A DNA stretch of 63,896 nucleotides, from positions 16,441,341 through 16,505,236 of the forward strand of contig JAHRHZ010000111.1 in assembly GCA_024137785.1 (NCBI GenBank). Direction: 5' to 3'. The position numbers and the translations under genes are program-made. The first letter of the stretch is position 1; every line of letters starts with the position of its first letter. The notes under the pieces are model-generated. The model was not told the DNA's origin, did not search any database, and was given only the letters and a program-made list of their open reading frames with translations. This document shows, in pieces, positions 1 to 12,055 of the stretch. This stretch comes from Ginglymostoma cirratum. Taxonomy: Eukaryota.

Positions 1-94
1 ACCCTGTCATCAACATAAGTGCCACCATTTCATAAGTGCTTTCAGTTCTATAAGACAAGAAGAAATATGAGCAGCAATTCTGTTCAGCTAGTGG

Positions 95-520
95 AATGTT
101 GGCTGCAGTATAAGATTAGGGAAGTCTTATTGCCATTATACAAGGTGCTGGTGAGTCCACATCTGGAATACTATGAGCAGTTTTGGCCTCCTCATTTAAG
201 GAAAGATGTCATTTTATTGGAGGCAGTACAGAGACTGTTCACTAGATTGATCCCTGATATGGAGGGATTGTCTGATTAGCAAAGACTAAATAAAGTTGGA
301 ACTTTACTCAATGGAGGTTAGAAGAATGAGCGATGAACTGATTGAAACATCTATAGGTTTCTTAAGGGTTTTGACAGGGCAAATATTGAGAAGATGTTTC
401 CCCTTATGCAAGAGTCTAGGACCAGTGGGCAGAAATTGGATAGACCAGCCATGATCCTATTGAATGCTGGAGAAGTTTGAGGGGCCAAATGGCCTATTTG
501 TGTTCCTATTTCTCATGGTC
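95..520 (+). mobile_element. CR1 LINE 3' fragment (degraded ORF2 C-terminus and 3' UTR)
   Basis: Translation LYKVLVSPHLEYYEQFWPPHLRKDVILLEAVQRLFTRLIP matches the CR1 ORF2 motif LY..LVRPHLEY..QFW.P...KD...LE.VQRRFT. Ends in a gggccaaatggcct-type tail. Confidence 0.85.
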
Positions 521-584
521 TTTGTAGTCTTATTCAATAGGATCAGGGATAATGTGACATTCCTCACATCCACTTTCCTACATT

Positions 585-740
585 TTCCCTGTAACCCTTG
601 ATTAGCTTCCTGATTATCTATTCAACTATCGCAGCCTTAAATATACACAAGGGCACTGGGCCATAGTTTTCTGTGGCAAGGAGTTTCAAAGATGCTCAAC
701 ACTCTGAGAGAGGAAATTCCTCCTTATCTCAGTCTTAAAG
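585..740 (-). mobile_element. CR1 LINE 3' fragment, antisense
   Basis: tgtggcaaggagtttcaaag...ctctgagagaggaaattcctccttatctcagtctta is the reverse complement of the CR1 '...FF.QRV...WN.LP' region. Confidence 0.65.
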
Positions 741-746
741 TGGTGC

Positions 747-845
747 CTGAAAGGTCACTGGATTCAAAGCATTAACTCTGTTTCTCGTTCCGCAGATGCT
801 GTCATACCTGCTAAGTTTCTCCAAAACTTTGTTTTGGTTTCAAAA
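747..845 (+). mobile_element. Single-arm PLE terminal repeat (family 2), degraded hammerhead
   Basis: ctgaaaggtcactggattcaaagcattaactctg...cagatgctg..cctgct..gtttctcca is homologous to the arms at 14913-15120 and 49365-49584. Confidence 0.7.
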
Positions 846-899
846 CTTAAAAGTTTATCGCTGCAACACTAAGCCAGGCATGGTCTACCATAGTAAGAG

Positions 900-2085
900 C
901 TCCAGCCCCCAGGCCTGTCTATCCCATGCCTACAGAAGCCTCTGAGGGGAAGCAACCTGGGCCCACAGAGGATGCACCTTCAAGGTATTCCATACTCCAC
1001 CAGTGCACGGACATCCACATCAGTGTGCAATGTATTTACAGTAGATTTGGGGTCACATTCTGTTGATGATAGCACTAACATGAGTCCGTCAGCACAGGAG
1101 GAAGAAACAGCCAATGCCTCAGAGGTTTGCTGGAGAGTAATCCCAGCCAAGCCCTGTACAGTTGTTGGGTCTCTGGGCATTAACAAACTGACCAGAGATG
1201 GAGAAGCAAGAAGGGGAATGTCTGGTAAAGGTGGCATGTGATGATCGGATCAAAGGGTAGAGGAGTCTGCCCAAGTTCTACCTGATGTGAAGGCTCCAGC
1301 ATGTGATCACACACTGTCTCCATAGACTGGATGGTGACCACCATGGCTTGGCAGGTCCAGCAGAACAATCAGTATCTACTGGCTATATCCTCAGAACCTC
1401 ACTCAATTAAAATGAGTTATAGATGTATTCATTCAATGGTTTGCTGAGAGTAAGCTGGAATACTTTGACCTTCATTTCCTCAAGGGGTGGGGGAAATGCT
1501 ATTGTGCATTGACAAGGGTGACAACTGACAGGCAGGCACACAGGAATTGTCCTGTCAGGAATTGTCCTCTTAGGAACCCCCAGAGGTGCCCTTCCTTACC
1601 CTGACCTCTCTGCCAAGTATCCAAATGCCTCTATCAGCACAGACCAAAGAAGTTGCACTTGCTCCTGCAAGGGAGACCACCACAGTACTGTCACCAAAGT
1701 CATCTGAGGCAAAACGTTAACGTGTGACCTGAAAATAGAAATTTTGTCACCCGACCCAAATTAAATTCCTTGCCGCCTGACATCACTCCACCAAGGCACC
1801 AGGGAATGGCATGTGGCAGAGGTGAAAGTAACTGCTAGGGTGCCTGAATGTCCTGTTGCTTTTCAGAGGTCAATGTCATGGCTGTACAGCCTGCCCTCTT
1901 CCTGCAGCGATGGCTGACAACAGAGATGTTTACAGCAAACCAAGTAAGGCCCAAGGTAAGTCAAATGACTTTCACAACATTGTCATTGTTCTGAAAACCA
2001 AGAAGACCATGTTCTCAATACAAGAGGTTGCCAATAGCTACAGCCATTCTGTTTCACTCCAGAAGTGAGATGACAGTTGGCATCA
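900..2085 (+). mobile_element. Probable PIF/Harbinger DNA transposon relic
   Basis: At about 1890-1925, ctgcagcgatggctgacaaca reads LQRWLTT, resembling the Harbinger nuclease motif YPL..WLMTP. Upstream sequence resembles the accessory-ORF region as I recall it. Highly decayed. Confidence 0.4.
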
Positions 2086-3170
2086 AGGCATCATTTGGTG
2101 GAGTGTGGCATCAAGAAGGTCCCAGTAAAATTTGAATCCATGGCAATCAGGGAAACCTCTCTGCTGCTTAGAGTCATGCCTGGCACATAGAAAGATAGTT
2201 GTCATTGTTGGAGGTCAGTCATCTCAGCTCCAGGACATCTCTGCATGGGTTCCTCAGGATAGTGTCCTAGGCTCAACCATCCTCAGCTGCTTCATCAGTG
2301 ACCTGTCTTCTATCATGAGGTCAAAAATGGGGATGTTTACCAGTGATTGCACAATGTTCAGCATCATTTGTGACTTCTCAGATAGCGATGCAGTCCATGT
2401 CCAAATACAACAAAACCTAGACAATATTCAGACTTGGGCTGACAAGTGGCAAGTAACATTAATGCCACACAAATGCCAGCCAATGACCATCTCCAATAAG
2501 AGACAATAGAACCATTACTCCTCGACTTTCAAGGACATTAAAATTGCTAAATTGCTTGCTATCAACATGGTGAGGATTGCAAGGTGGCTCAGTAATTAGC
2601 ACTTCTGCTTCACAGTGCCAGGGACCCAGGTTTGATTCCACCCTTGGACGACTGCCTATGTGGAGTTTACACATTCTCCCACGTCTGCATGGGTTTCCTC
2701 CGGGTGATCCGGTTTCCTCCCACGGTCCAAAGATGTGCAAGCTTAGGTGGATTGGCCATGATAAATTGCCCTTAGTGTCCAGGGATGTCTGGGTTATGTG
2801 GGTTAGACATGGGCAATGCAGGGGTAGGGGAATAGGTCTGGGTGGGATGCTCTACGGAGGGGCGGTGTGAACTTGTTGGGCTGAATGGCCTGTTCTCATG
2901 CTGTAGAGATTCTATGAAATCTATGAATACCATTGATCAGAAACTGAACTGGACTAGGCATATAAATACAGTTCTACAAATGCAGGTCTGAGCCTAGAAG
3001 TTCTGCCGTGTGTAGCTCTGTTCCTGACTCCACAAAGCCTATCCAACATTGACAGGGATGAAGTCAGGAATGAGATACAGAATTGAGTACAGCTTTAAAA
3101 CCATTGAGGCCAAAGCCATCCAGTTGATTGGTAACGCATCCACAAGCATCCACTCCCTCCATATACCCTG
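2085..3170 (+). mobile_element. CR1/L2-group LINE ('family B') RT fragment, split by an HE1 SINE
   Basis: ORF 2132-2509 reads VPQDSVLGSTI..FISDL..MFTSDCT..QQNLDNIQTWADKWQVT..PHKCQ (RT motifs GVPQGSVLGP and FADD). It resumes after 2927 (IDQKLNWTRHINTV). Confidence 0.85.
2578..2927 (+). mobile_element. HE1-type V-SINE (tRNA head, V domain, CR1/HER1 tail)
   Basis: Has an A box (tggctcagtaattag), a B box (ggtttgattcc), the V core gtggagtttacacattctcccc...gggtttcctccggg...ccggtttcctccca, and the tail gggctgaatggcctgt...ttctatga. Confidence 0.9.
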
Positions 3171-3399
3171 AATTAGTAAGTAGAAGCCAGTGTCTGTTGA
3201 CAACTGTTATGACTTGGAACTGCATGTGTGTGAGGTCGGAAATGCTACATCATCACATAGACATCATACGCAAAAGAACGGCTCATGTGCAGAAAAAGGG
3301 TGCACTATTAAAACAGAGTTCAGCAGGGGTAAATGAGGGTGGGTGGGACTGAGGATTGGTGGAAGGGGTGTAGGAGGACTGGTGTGGTGGGGTAGGGGA

Positions 3400-3850
3400 A
3401 TGGTGAAGGCACAACTTGGGTACTCCGTACAGTTTTGCTCTCCATACTGAAGGAAGAGGGAGAGTAGCAAATGTTCTCAAGACTTTTAATAGGCTGAGGG
3501 GCTAATCTTATGACCACCAATTCAGTGGATGAGGTATACATTTCCAGGCTGGTAAATCTAGGACATGAGGTCACAGAAGGGGTTTAGGACTGCAATGAGG
3601 TGTAACTTCTACAGGATTGTGCATCTCTGAAATTCTTTACCCAGGAGAGTTTGGGATATACCATAGTTGAACCTATGCAATACAAAAATTGCTAACACTT
3701 TGGATACTAAGGGAATTAAAGGATTTGGGGATAAGGCGGGAAGGCAGAGTTGAGGTCAAAGAATCAACTGTGATCCTGTTGAATGATAGAGGAAACACAA
3801 AACAATGTATGGACTAATCCAGCTCCATTTTCTTTATGTCTTTATGAATA
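3400..3850 (+). mobile_element. Degraded CR1 LINE 3' end
   Basis: Contains a remnant of 'QLEY.VQFW.P', ctgaggggctaatctta (LRGDL), and a 3' UTR ending ttctttatgtctttatg. Confidence 0.65.
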
Positions 3851-4479
3851 AGGCTTACCGAATAGAATTGTGAGATATAATGTTGCAGGTGTGAAAAAAA
3901 GCATATTCTTGCAGTTTTCCTTTGGAAAAAGTGACCAGAGCGAGAAAAGAAGGCTTTGCGTTGCAGTTAGTATGCTGTATTTACATTGATGGAGGACACT
4001 AATTGATATAATTATTGGATGCTATAATTTAAGGACTGTTCAGTTAAAGAAAAGATACATTGAATTAAATGGCCAAGAAATACTTAGCCTGTTTTTTTTT
4101 CTCAGAAATCAGAAAGATGCCCTCATTTGATTCACTGCTAATATTTAATTTTTTTGCAGAAGTAAATTTAGATTTTGTACCATGCTGTTAGATTGCAGTT
4201 TGTACAATCATAGGGAGAACTGTGCACAAAGTATTCAGTGTAACATCAGTCAAGACAATGGGCAAATTGAGGATAGATCTCCTCCAGCAGCCAACTCTTG
4301 GCATTTTTGCAGGATTGTAATTAAAGCCGATCAAGGAATTACAGTTAAACCTATTTAGTTGTAACTCAGCATATAACTCATGGCTCCACTGAAATATTTT
4401 CCATCATTTCATGCCTTTATACTCTCAATGTATTTCCAATATAGCTAAAGCTGCAATAAGTTTGTATTAAGTTTTCATT

Positions 4480-5035
4480 CACATCTTCCTATCCATGTTC
4501 ACAGAAATTGAAAGCACAAATAGCCAGTTCAAGGTTACAATTTTTTTTTAAAGATGCTCAGCCTGCATGTAGAGGGTGGAATTTTTTTAATGTCTAATGG
4601 CAATTTCAGTTCAATAGCTAGCCAGTTCCACGCTGAAAGATCAGTCAGTTACCGGCACAGCATTCTGCTCCTTTGATCTCAGTGTTTTAGTTACTGTTCC
4701 CCACGATAAATAATAAATCTTCAGAATTATTTTGAGAATTACATGGCTGTTTATTTGGCTGGAATTTCTAATTAATTCTATGAAATGGAACCCACTGAGA
4801 GTATGTTGGCTGCAATATTCCAGTGATTCAATTGGTGACTGAAAATATCCATCGTTCAAGTCAAATATTTTCACAAAAGAATTTTGGAATTAATTCTTGT
4901 GTTTGAATCAGATGTTTCAGGAGCAGTGTAATGAAAAGTAGAAAAAGCCCATAAATTGGAAAAGGAAAAGACTATCATGTTGAAGATCAGTTTGCTCATT
5001 TGTTATCAGGAGCCTGTACAGAGAACTTCAATCAG
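4480..5035 (+). mobile_element. Ancient repeat, probably a Poseidon-type PLE RT relic; reverse-complement paralogue of 13705-14300
   Basis: Aligns by eye to the reverse complement of 13.7-14.3 kb (e.g. atggctgtttatttggctggaat, ggaattaattc.tgtgttt). Frameshifted reading gives FCSFDLSVLVTVPHDK and M..P..S.LA.IF, resembling PLE RT motifs. Confidence 0.55.
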
Positions 5036-5339
5036 TGAAGACTGATTGACCAGACATTGAGATGGAAATGTGAATTGTGCAGCTTGTTCTAACTAGAAGG
5101 AAGGATTACAGCCTTCCATCCCATTTCATGATGGCTTGTACCATAGTGGTCAACCCTGTGTTAGGCATCATCCGGTGTAGGTCCGGAGTCCCATTCTGGA
5201 ACACAATCTCTGCCACATTTGCTGCATTCTTGGTAGGCTGAGAAGGTGCAAAGCTGGCCAATGACTTTCCTTTTTCACTGAGCCCTTTTGTCAGCCACGT
5301 AAGCTTTTCCTTTCTGGTCACCTCTACCAATCAGTCAGC

Positions 5340-6768
5340 TTCCAGATAAGTAGTTGGAGGGGATTCTGAAAGACAGGATTTATGTGCATTTGTAAAGGCA
5401 ACAATTGATTAGGGGTAGTCAACATGGCTCTGTGCATGGGAAATTGTGTCTCACTAACTTGATTGAGTTTTGTGAAGCAATGACAAACAAGATTGATGAA
5501 GGCAAAACATTAGGTGTTGTCTATATGGACTTTAACAAAGCATTCAACAAGGTTGCGTGTGGTAGACTGGTTAACAAGGTTAGATCACATGGAATCCAGG
5601 AGGAATTAGCCAATTGCATACAAAATTGGCATGAAGATGGGAGACAGAGGATTTTGGTAGACTAGTTAGCAAGGTTAGATCACATGGACTCCAGGGGGAA
5701 CTAGCCAAATAGATACAAAATTGGCTTTAAGGTAGGACGCAAAGGGTTGTAGTAGACAGTTGCTTTTTGGACTGGAGACCTGTGACTAGTGATGTGCTGC
5801 AAGGATTGGTGTTGGGTCCACTGCATTTCGTCAATTTATAGAAATGATTTGGATGTGAATATGGGAGGTACGGTTGATAAGTTTGCAGATAACACCAAAA
5901 TTGGTGGTGCAGCGGACAGTGAAGAAGGTTGTCATAGAGGACAATGGGATCTTGATCAGATGGGCCATAAGCCGACGATTGGCAGATGCCGTTTAATTTA
6001 GAAGTGTTGTATTTTGTTAAGGCACGATTTATACAGTTAATCAGGGCATTGGCGAGTGTTGCCGAACTAAGAGATATATGGGTGCAGGCACATAGTTCCT
6101 TGAAAGTGGAGTTGCAGGTAGACAGGATGGTGGAGAAGGTGTTTGGTATGCTTGCCTTCATTTGTTAGTGCATTGAGTATAGGAGTTGGGATGTCACGTT
6201 GCTGCTGTACAAAACATTGGTGAGGCCACTTTCAGAATATTATATTGAATTCTGGTCCCCCTGCTCAGGAAAGATGTTATTAAACTTGAAAGGGTTCAGA
6301 AAAGATTTAAAAATATGTTGTTGGGATCAGAGGGTTTGAATTTAGGCAAAACAGGCTGGGGCTTTTTTCCCTGGAGCGTCGGAGGCTGAGGGGTGACCTT
6401 ATAGAGGATTATAAAATCATGAGGGGCATGGATAGTGTGAATAGTCAAGGTCTTTTTCTCAGTGTAGGGGAGTCCAACACTAGAGGGCATAGGTTTAAAG
6501 TGAGAGGGGAAAGATTTAAAAGAGACTACTTATTCATGCAGTGGGTGTTGCTTGTATGGAACAAACTACTGGAGGAAGTGATGGAGATTGATCCAATTCC
6601 AACATTTAAAAGGCATCTGGATGGGTAGATGAATAGGAAGGGTTTAGAGAGGTATGGGTGCCAATGCTGGCAAATGGGACTAAAACAGTTTAGGATACCT
6701 GGTCAGCGCAGATGAGTTGGGCTGAAGGGCCTGTTTCCGTGCTGTATAACTCTATGACTCTATGACTC
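5340..6768 (+). mobile_element. 5'-truncated CR1/HER1 LINE with an internal tandem duplication
   Basis: Translation includes SQHG..GKLCLTNLIEF, VYMDFNKAFNKV, KFADNTKIGG and LRGDLIE. The tail is ctctatgactctatgactc. Confidence 0.95.
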
Positions 6769-8021
6769 GGTGCCACAGTTATCAGGGACTGTCTCCCAGT
6801 TGTCAGTTGTCAGTGTCACTGTCTGCAATCTTCATGCCTTGCTTGTATTTCTGTCGATGGGATCATGATCCAGTGGCCTTTTTGTAGAAACCTGTCATCC
6901 ATCCAATGAATGTGGCCAATCCATCTGCGTTGTTGGCTTAGCAATGAATAAATGCTGATTTGAATTACCATTCTCCAGGACCTCGGAGTTGGCAACAGAA
7001 ATACTGAGGATAAATCTGTGACAGCAAAGGTGGGAAGTGTTCTGAGATTTTAACCTGTGCAGCACATGTTGTCCAGGTCTCTCCACTGAGAAGTGGTGCT
7101 GAAAACAAAAGCTTGGTAGACTCGCAGTTTGCTGTTCACGGTCATGTTCCATATTGTCTTTTGCTTCAGGTTGCATTGAACAGTGGCAGCTGTGATTTCA
7201 CATCAACTGGCAACTTACTTTTAATTGTGGAAGCTAAATATGTGAAGTTATTAAAAACCCACAGCATCACATCATCAATTCTAATAGATAACACTTTGGC
7301 AAGATCCTGGACCAGCTTTGGTCCTGATTCTGATGGTCAAATCAAAGTCTTTATTATATGAGACAGTCTATTCAATTGTTGCCCCAGACGTTTCATTGTA
7401 TGGAATGCTAGTGCAGCATCATCAGTGTTGAGCAACTTTCTGATAGGCTCCCTACCAACGTGGATCTCAGGGGAGCAACCTGAACAGCTTTCCTTCAACA
7501 TTAGTATATTGTAGATACCTACTGTAGATGCTGTGAAGGCGTATGACATCACTAAAGCATGCTGATGCCCGAACAGAACATATTTGACACCATTGTGGGT
7601 CAAAGAGGTCTGCTCTTAGACAGTTAAAGCTGACTCAAAACAAACCTGTACTTAGACTTTGAATAGTCAGGAAATGGGATATACCATTTTATCTGCAATC
7701 TTAAGTCTGGATTTTGATACTGTCTGTTTCAAATTTCCCACTCAAGATGGTTATAGTCATGACATCATGAAGCACTTGCAGGATTGTGTTGACATTTCTT
7801 GGATATCCAAATCTATGGAACATAACCTACAGAACTGTGTGGTTTATGCTTCATTCAGTGAAAGTGTTAATGTACAAAATTGCATCGATGCATGAGATCA
7901 CATATTTTGCTTAGCCTTGATGAACTTGCAGAACGGTTGGCAGCTCAGGATGAATAGATTAAGATATGGGTCACCAGATGCAGCTGTAAATGTAAAAATG
8001 GTGATACAACAGGGAGAAGTC

Positions 8022-8454
8022 TGTTGACAATGACAAGTAAAAGGTTAGATAGATCAGAGCGTTATTATTTCTGATAAATTATTATTAATGATAAAAGAGG
8101 ACCTAAAGAGGGAAATGGAAAGTCGAGACAGTCAGAGCAAAATAGGGGATAGGATTTTCTTGATGTGAGAGGATCAGTATGTGGAGCAACAAGGGTGGTT
8201 TATTTTTATATAGAGATGAACGTGTGGAAACAAAAGAATGAATAAAGGCTTAGGATCTGTGATGTATTGAGGGTCATGATGAAATGTCACAAGAATGGTT
8301 TAAATGTATATGATAATCTTTAGAATGTTTGAAATGATCTTGAAGTGATCTGAGGGCACTCTCCCCTGTGTGTTTGCTTGCACCAGTCAATAAATTGCTG
8401 CTTGATTTACGTCACGGTTAACTTGTATCAAGTGTCTTTGGATATTCCACAACA
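8022..8454 (+). mobile_element. Solo LTR (433 bp)
   Basis: Termini are TGTTG...CAACA, with AATAAA at about 8388 and gtc repeated at both flanks. It sits inside the RTE relic. Confidence 0.7.
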
Positions 8455-9068
8455 GTCAGCGTAGACAAATGATTTTGTTTCTGCCATTTTTCTTTGATCT
8501 GCCTGATGATAAGGACTACGTCAGAGCTCTCTCTGACAGGCCTAAAGTTAGACTGTCTCTGTGGCAGGGTTTCCTCAGCAATACAAATCAGGAGACTTTG
8601 GTGGTGTGCTTAGAACTGGGTGTAGCTAGGAACAGATAAACTGTGCAACCTAGCAGTCAATCAGTTCCTAGGGTGAGAGAATGGGGTTGTGGGTGTGTGA
8701 GGGAGTGTCAGTCATGAGTCGTGAGCAGTGTGGCTCTGGGGCTGCTGTGCCATATCTTTTCTCATGAGGGGCATTGCCGGTTTGCCAATGCTTGTCCAGG
8801 CCACAGTGGTCTCCTGAAGATGGTGCAGCCGCCAGGGATGCAGGTCTTTCAGCAGATATACACTGAGTGGTGAGTTGTTCTGCCTGGTAGACAGGTCTAA
8901 AAATGGACTTGAGGGATGCTACAGGAGCAGGCTGTATAATTAATGATACGCTGGTAAGATTCTGCAAGAAATCTCAATGGGCCTCATAGTGAGAGTCCCA
9001 CCAAAAATCTTGATGCAACCCATGTTTAGCCATATATATGTAAGATTCAACCCAGAGACAACACGTTT

Positions 9069-9376
9069 CATAGAATCCTTACAGTGTGGAAGCAGGCAAC
9101 AGCAACACTCTGAAAGAGCATCCCACTCAGACCCACACCCCTACCCAATCCCTGCATTTCCAATGGCTAATCCACCAAGCCTTCACATCTCTGGACACTT
9201 TAGTATTGTCAATTCACCTAACCCACACATCTTTGAACAGTCAGAGGAAACCAGAGCACCCAAAGGAAACCCACACAGACAAGGGGAGAATGTGCAAATT
9301 CCACACAGAAAGTCACCTGAGGGTGGAATCGATCCCAGACAATTTGAAGTAGCAGTGCTAACCACTGAGCCACCCT
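9069..9376 (-). mobile_element. HE1-type V-SINE
   Basis: The reverse complement reads gggtggctcagtggttagcactgct...tgtgtggaatttgcacattctcccc...ctgtaaggattctatg. Confidence 0.9.
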
Positions 9377-9496
9377 AGCACTACATATGTGTCTGGCAAT
9401 AATCCACATGAGTTAGAGTCATCTGTAATGAGAGATGGTACGGTGCAGAAAGAAACTAGACAAGCAATTGTGATAACTGAATAAGGACTAGATCTG

Positions 9497-9711
9497 AGAT
9501 AGTAGGAACTGCAGATGCTGGAGAATCTGAGATAACAAGGTGTAGAGCTGGATGAACACAGCAAGCCAAGCAGCATCAGAGGAGCAGGAAGGCTAATGTT
9601 TCGGGCCTAGACCCTTCTTCAGAAGAAGGGTTTAAGCCCGAAACGTCAGCTTTCCTGCTCCTCTGATGCTGCTTGGCCTGCTGTGTTCATCCAGCCCTAC
9701 ACCTTGTTATC
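9497..9711 (-). mobile_element. Palindromic mini-PLE (family 1) with a perfect 14-bp TSD
   Basis: Inverted arms are centred on cccttcttc-a-gaagaaggg. The TSD is aaggactagatctg at 9483-9496 and 9712-9725. A 34-nt unpaired tail lies at 9497-9530. Confidence 0.95.
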
Positions 9712-10160
9712 AAGGACTAGATCTGGTCATGTTGTATGTTCAGCCCGGGGTTATCTCAACGTGTAGAGATAATATGCATTCTTGTGCATGTATATCAGAA
9801 AAGTGTTCTGAATTTTAAAGGAAAAAGAGGTGAAATTGTAATTTTTATATATTCCAGAAAGGCATTGTAGCTTTAACATGACATTAACCTTTAACACAAC
9901 ATTTGATATTCCAGTTTAAAGATGTTCACCTCACTTTCAGCAGTGTAGTTTGATAGACATATAATGTAATAATAACATTAGTAAACATCAAGCCAATAAT
10001 TTGCGTCAGTCTGGCATCTTATTACTAGGTAGTTACTGTTGTCAATATACTTCAGTAAATACATCTCGCCAAGAGCCCAGTTTTTGTTGTGTATGCTACA
10101 TGGGCAACATATAGGGAGGCACTCAGATTATACAATACTGACAGTGTTGTTTGACACAAT

Positions 10161-10638
10161 TAGAACATAGAACATAGAACATTACAGCGCAGTACAGCCC
10201 CTTCGGCCCTCGATGTTGTGTCGACCTGTGAAACCAATCTGAAGCCCATCTAACCTACACTATTCCATTATCATCCATATGTTTTTCCAACGACCATTTA
10301 AATGCCCTTAAAGTTGGCGAGTCTACAACTGCTGCAGGCAAGGCATTCCATGCCCTTACTACTCTCTGAGTAAAGAATCTACCTTTGACATCTGTCCTTT
10401 ATCTATCACCCCTCAATTTAAAGCTATGTCCCCTCGTGCTAGCCGTCACCATCGAAGGAAAAAGGCTCTCACTGTCCACCCTATCCAATCCTCTGATCAT
10501 CTCGTATGTCTCTATTAAGTCACCTCTTAACCTTCTTCTCTCTAAAGAAAACAACCTTAAGTCCCTCAGCCTTTCCTCATAAGACCTTCCCTCCATACCA
10601 GGCTACATCCTGGTAAATCTCCTCTGCACTCTTTCCAA
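10161..10638 (-). mobile_element. Young CR1/HER1 LINE 3' fragment
   Basis: ORF 10399-10596 (MEGRSYEERLRDLRLFSLERRRLRGDLIETY) is intact, and the tail is (agaacat)x3. Confidence 0.95.
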
Positions 10639-12055
10639 ATTAACCAGATCAGAAATTTTTCTTGCTTTTATTCCAATGCGTTGCTTATTGCAACTTTCCC
10701 ATTGATGGAGTCCACCCATGGATTCTACCACAGCACGCTGGAGATGATATGGAGTGTTTGAGCTTGCGCTGTGGATTTACTGTTGAAGGATTGTTGAAAA
10801 TTTTCTTTCCAGTGTTTATGGATGCCTTGTCCTCCTTAACTAGGAAGTCTCTGACTGTCATTGTTGCCCAGTTAGTCAGTACAGCATGACACTCTCCACC
10901 TCAGGGTCATTGGTTCAGGGCTCATATTGGATGCCATTCCTTTGATAGTGCTCCAATGAAGTGCATATGGCATTTCGCTACATTTAGCTGCCATATACGT
11001 GCAAGGTGTAGATGCATAATTCTGTAGGATTGGCTAAAAACTGATGCTGCTGATTTAGAGGTGATTCTTTAGAAGTTTTCTTTTTAGTCATGTATCATAG
11101 AATTTATTGCTTGGCAGGAGGCCCATGTTCCTGTTGTGTAATCTACATTTCAACAGGATCTGTATTAATTCTGTTTGCACTCCCCTTTCTGTGCATACTT
11201 TAATATTTTACTTTTTTACATTCTTATCTAATTCCATTTTGAATGATTTCATGGCTTCTTGTAGTAAATCATTTGAAGTTCTACTAACCTTTTTTGCAGT
11301 AACATGTCTTCTTACAATTTGATTTGTCCTTGTGATTCTGGACCCACTGTTCCATTGTCAAATTGGAACAACCAGGCAGTAATTATTCCTCCAATTCCCA
11401 TTCCGAAAGGAAGATCTTTTAGAGTTCCCATGTTTCACCCAGTTCTAGTAAATTTTTAAAACTCCTCTGTAATTTTATTTGTCATTTTTTCCCAGTTCCA
11501 TGTTGACTGATGTTATTCAGTTGCCTTTAAAATATTCATCAATTAGTAAATAATTCTGAAGACCACAGGAAGGTGCGAAAGGATATTAAAGAAATTGCAG
11601 AATGATTAAGTATGCTGTCGATGGAATTTGCTGTCATGTAATGTGAGGCCATAAACTTTAGTTAAAATTGAGAATTAGCTTTGAATTTGGCGCAGCTGAG
11701 TAATATGGAAAATCACAGGGACTTGAGGATGTGAGTTAATAAGACATCAGCAGTCCCTCAACTGCAACACAAAGGAAATGCTGCGAAATGCAAGAATTGG
11801 CATAGAATTTTTGAGCACTGATTGAATATGATGGATATACAGCTGCTAAACGACAAGTGAGATTATAATGATTGTAGATAGTTGCTCAGATCACAGGCCT
11901 AATGCATGGACAAATGAAACAATTGTATTTCTACACTCAATACAACATCATTTTGTTATTGCATGTACAAAGGTTTCAACAGAGATAGTAGCAGCTTTTT
12001 ATGCATACAGCACAAGGAACATTGAAGCAATTATTGTATTATGCTCACTCAAATA

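Larger units (their letters stand above)
5100..9000 (-). mobile_element. Fragmented RTE-clade LINE (pieces at about 5100-5340, 6770-7620 and 8460-9000), interrupted by CR1 and a solo LTR
   Basis: Minus-strand motifs occur in the expected order: endonuclease-end K..TKVS* (about 8600), IRKLLNTDDAAL (cf. ELLFADDAAL, about 7430), RVYQA..., RWIGHIHWMDD (about 6900), and C-terminal CSKCGRDC.SRMGL (about 5190-5230). Confidence 0.75.

Noticed and set aside
4641-4874. KIFDLNDGYFQSPI as a Gypsy/DIRS RT motif (DLKDAYFQ)
   Set aside because: No downstream LPFG or YxDD motif follows, and the opposite strand gives a more coherent series of PLE-like motifs.
9497-9711. Palindromes as DNA-transposon MITEs or pre-miRNA genes
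   Set aside because: The arms match the 3' terminal repeat of RT-encoding PLEs in the same window, the ends are asymmetric, and TSD length varies.
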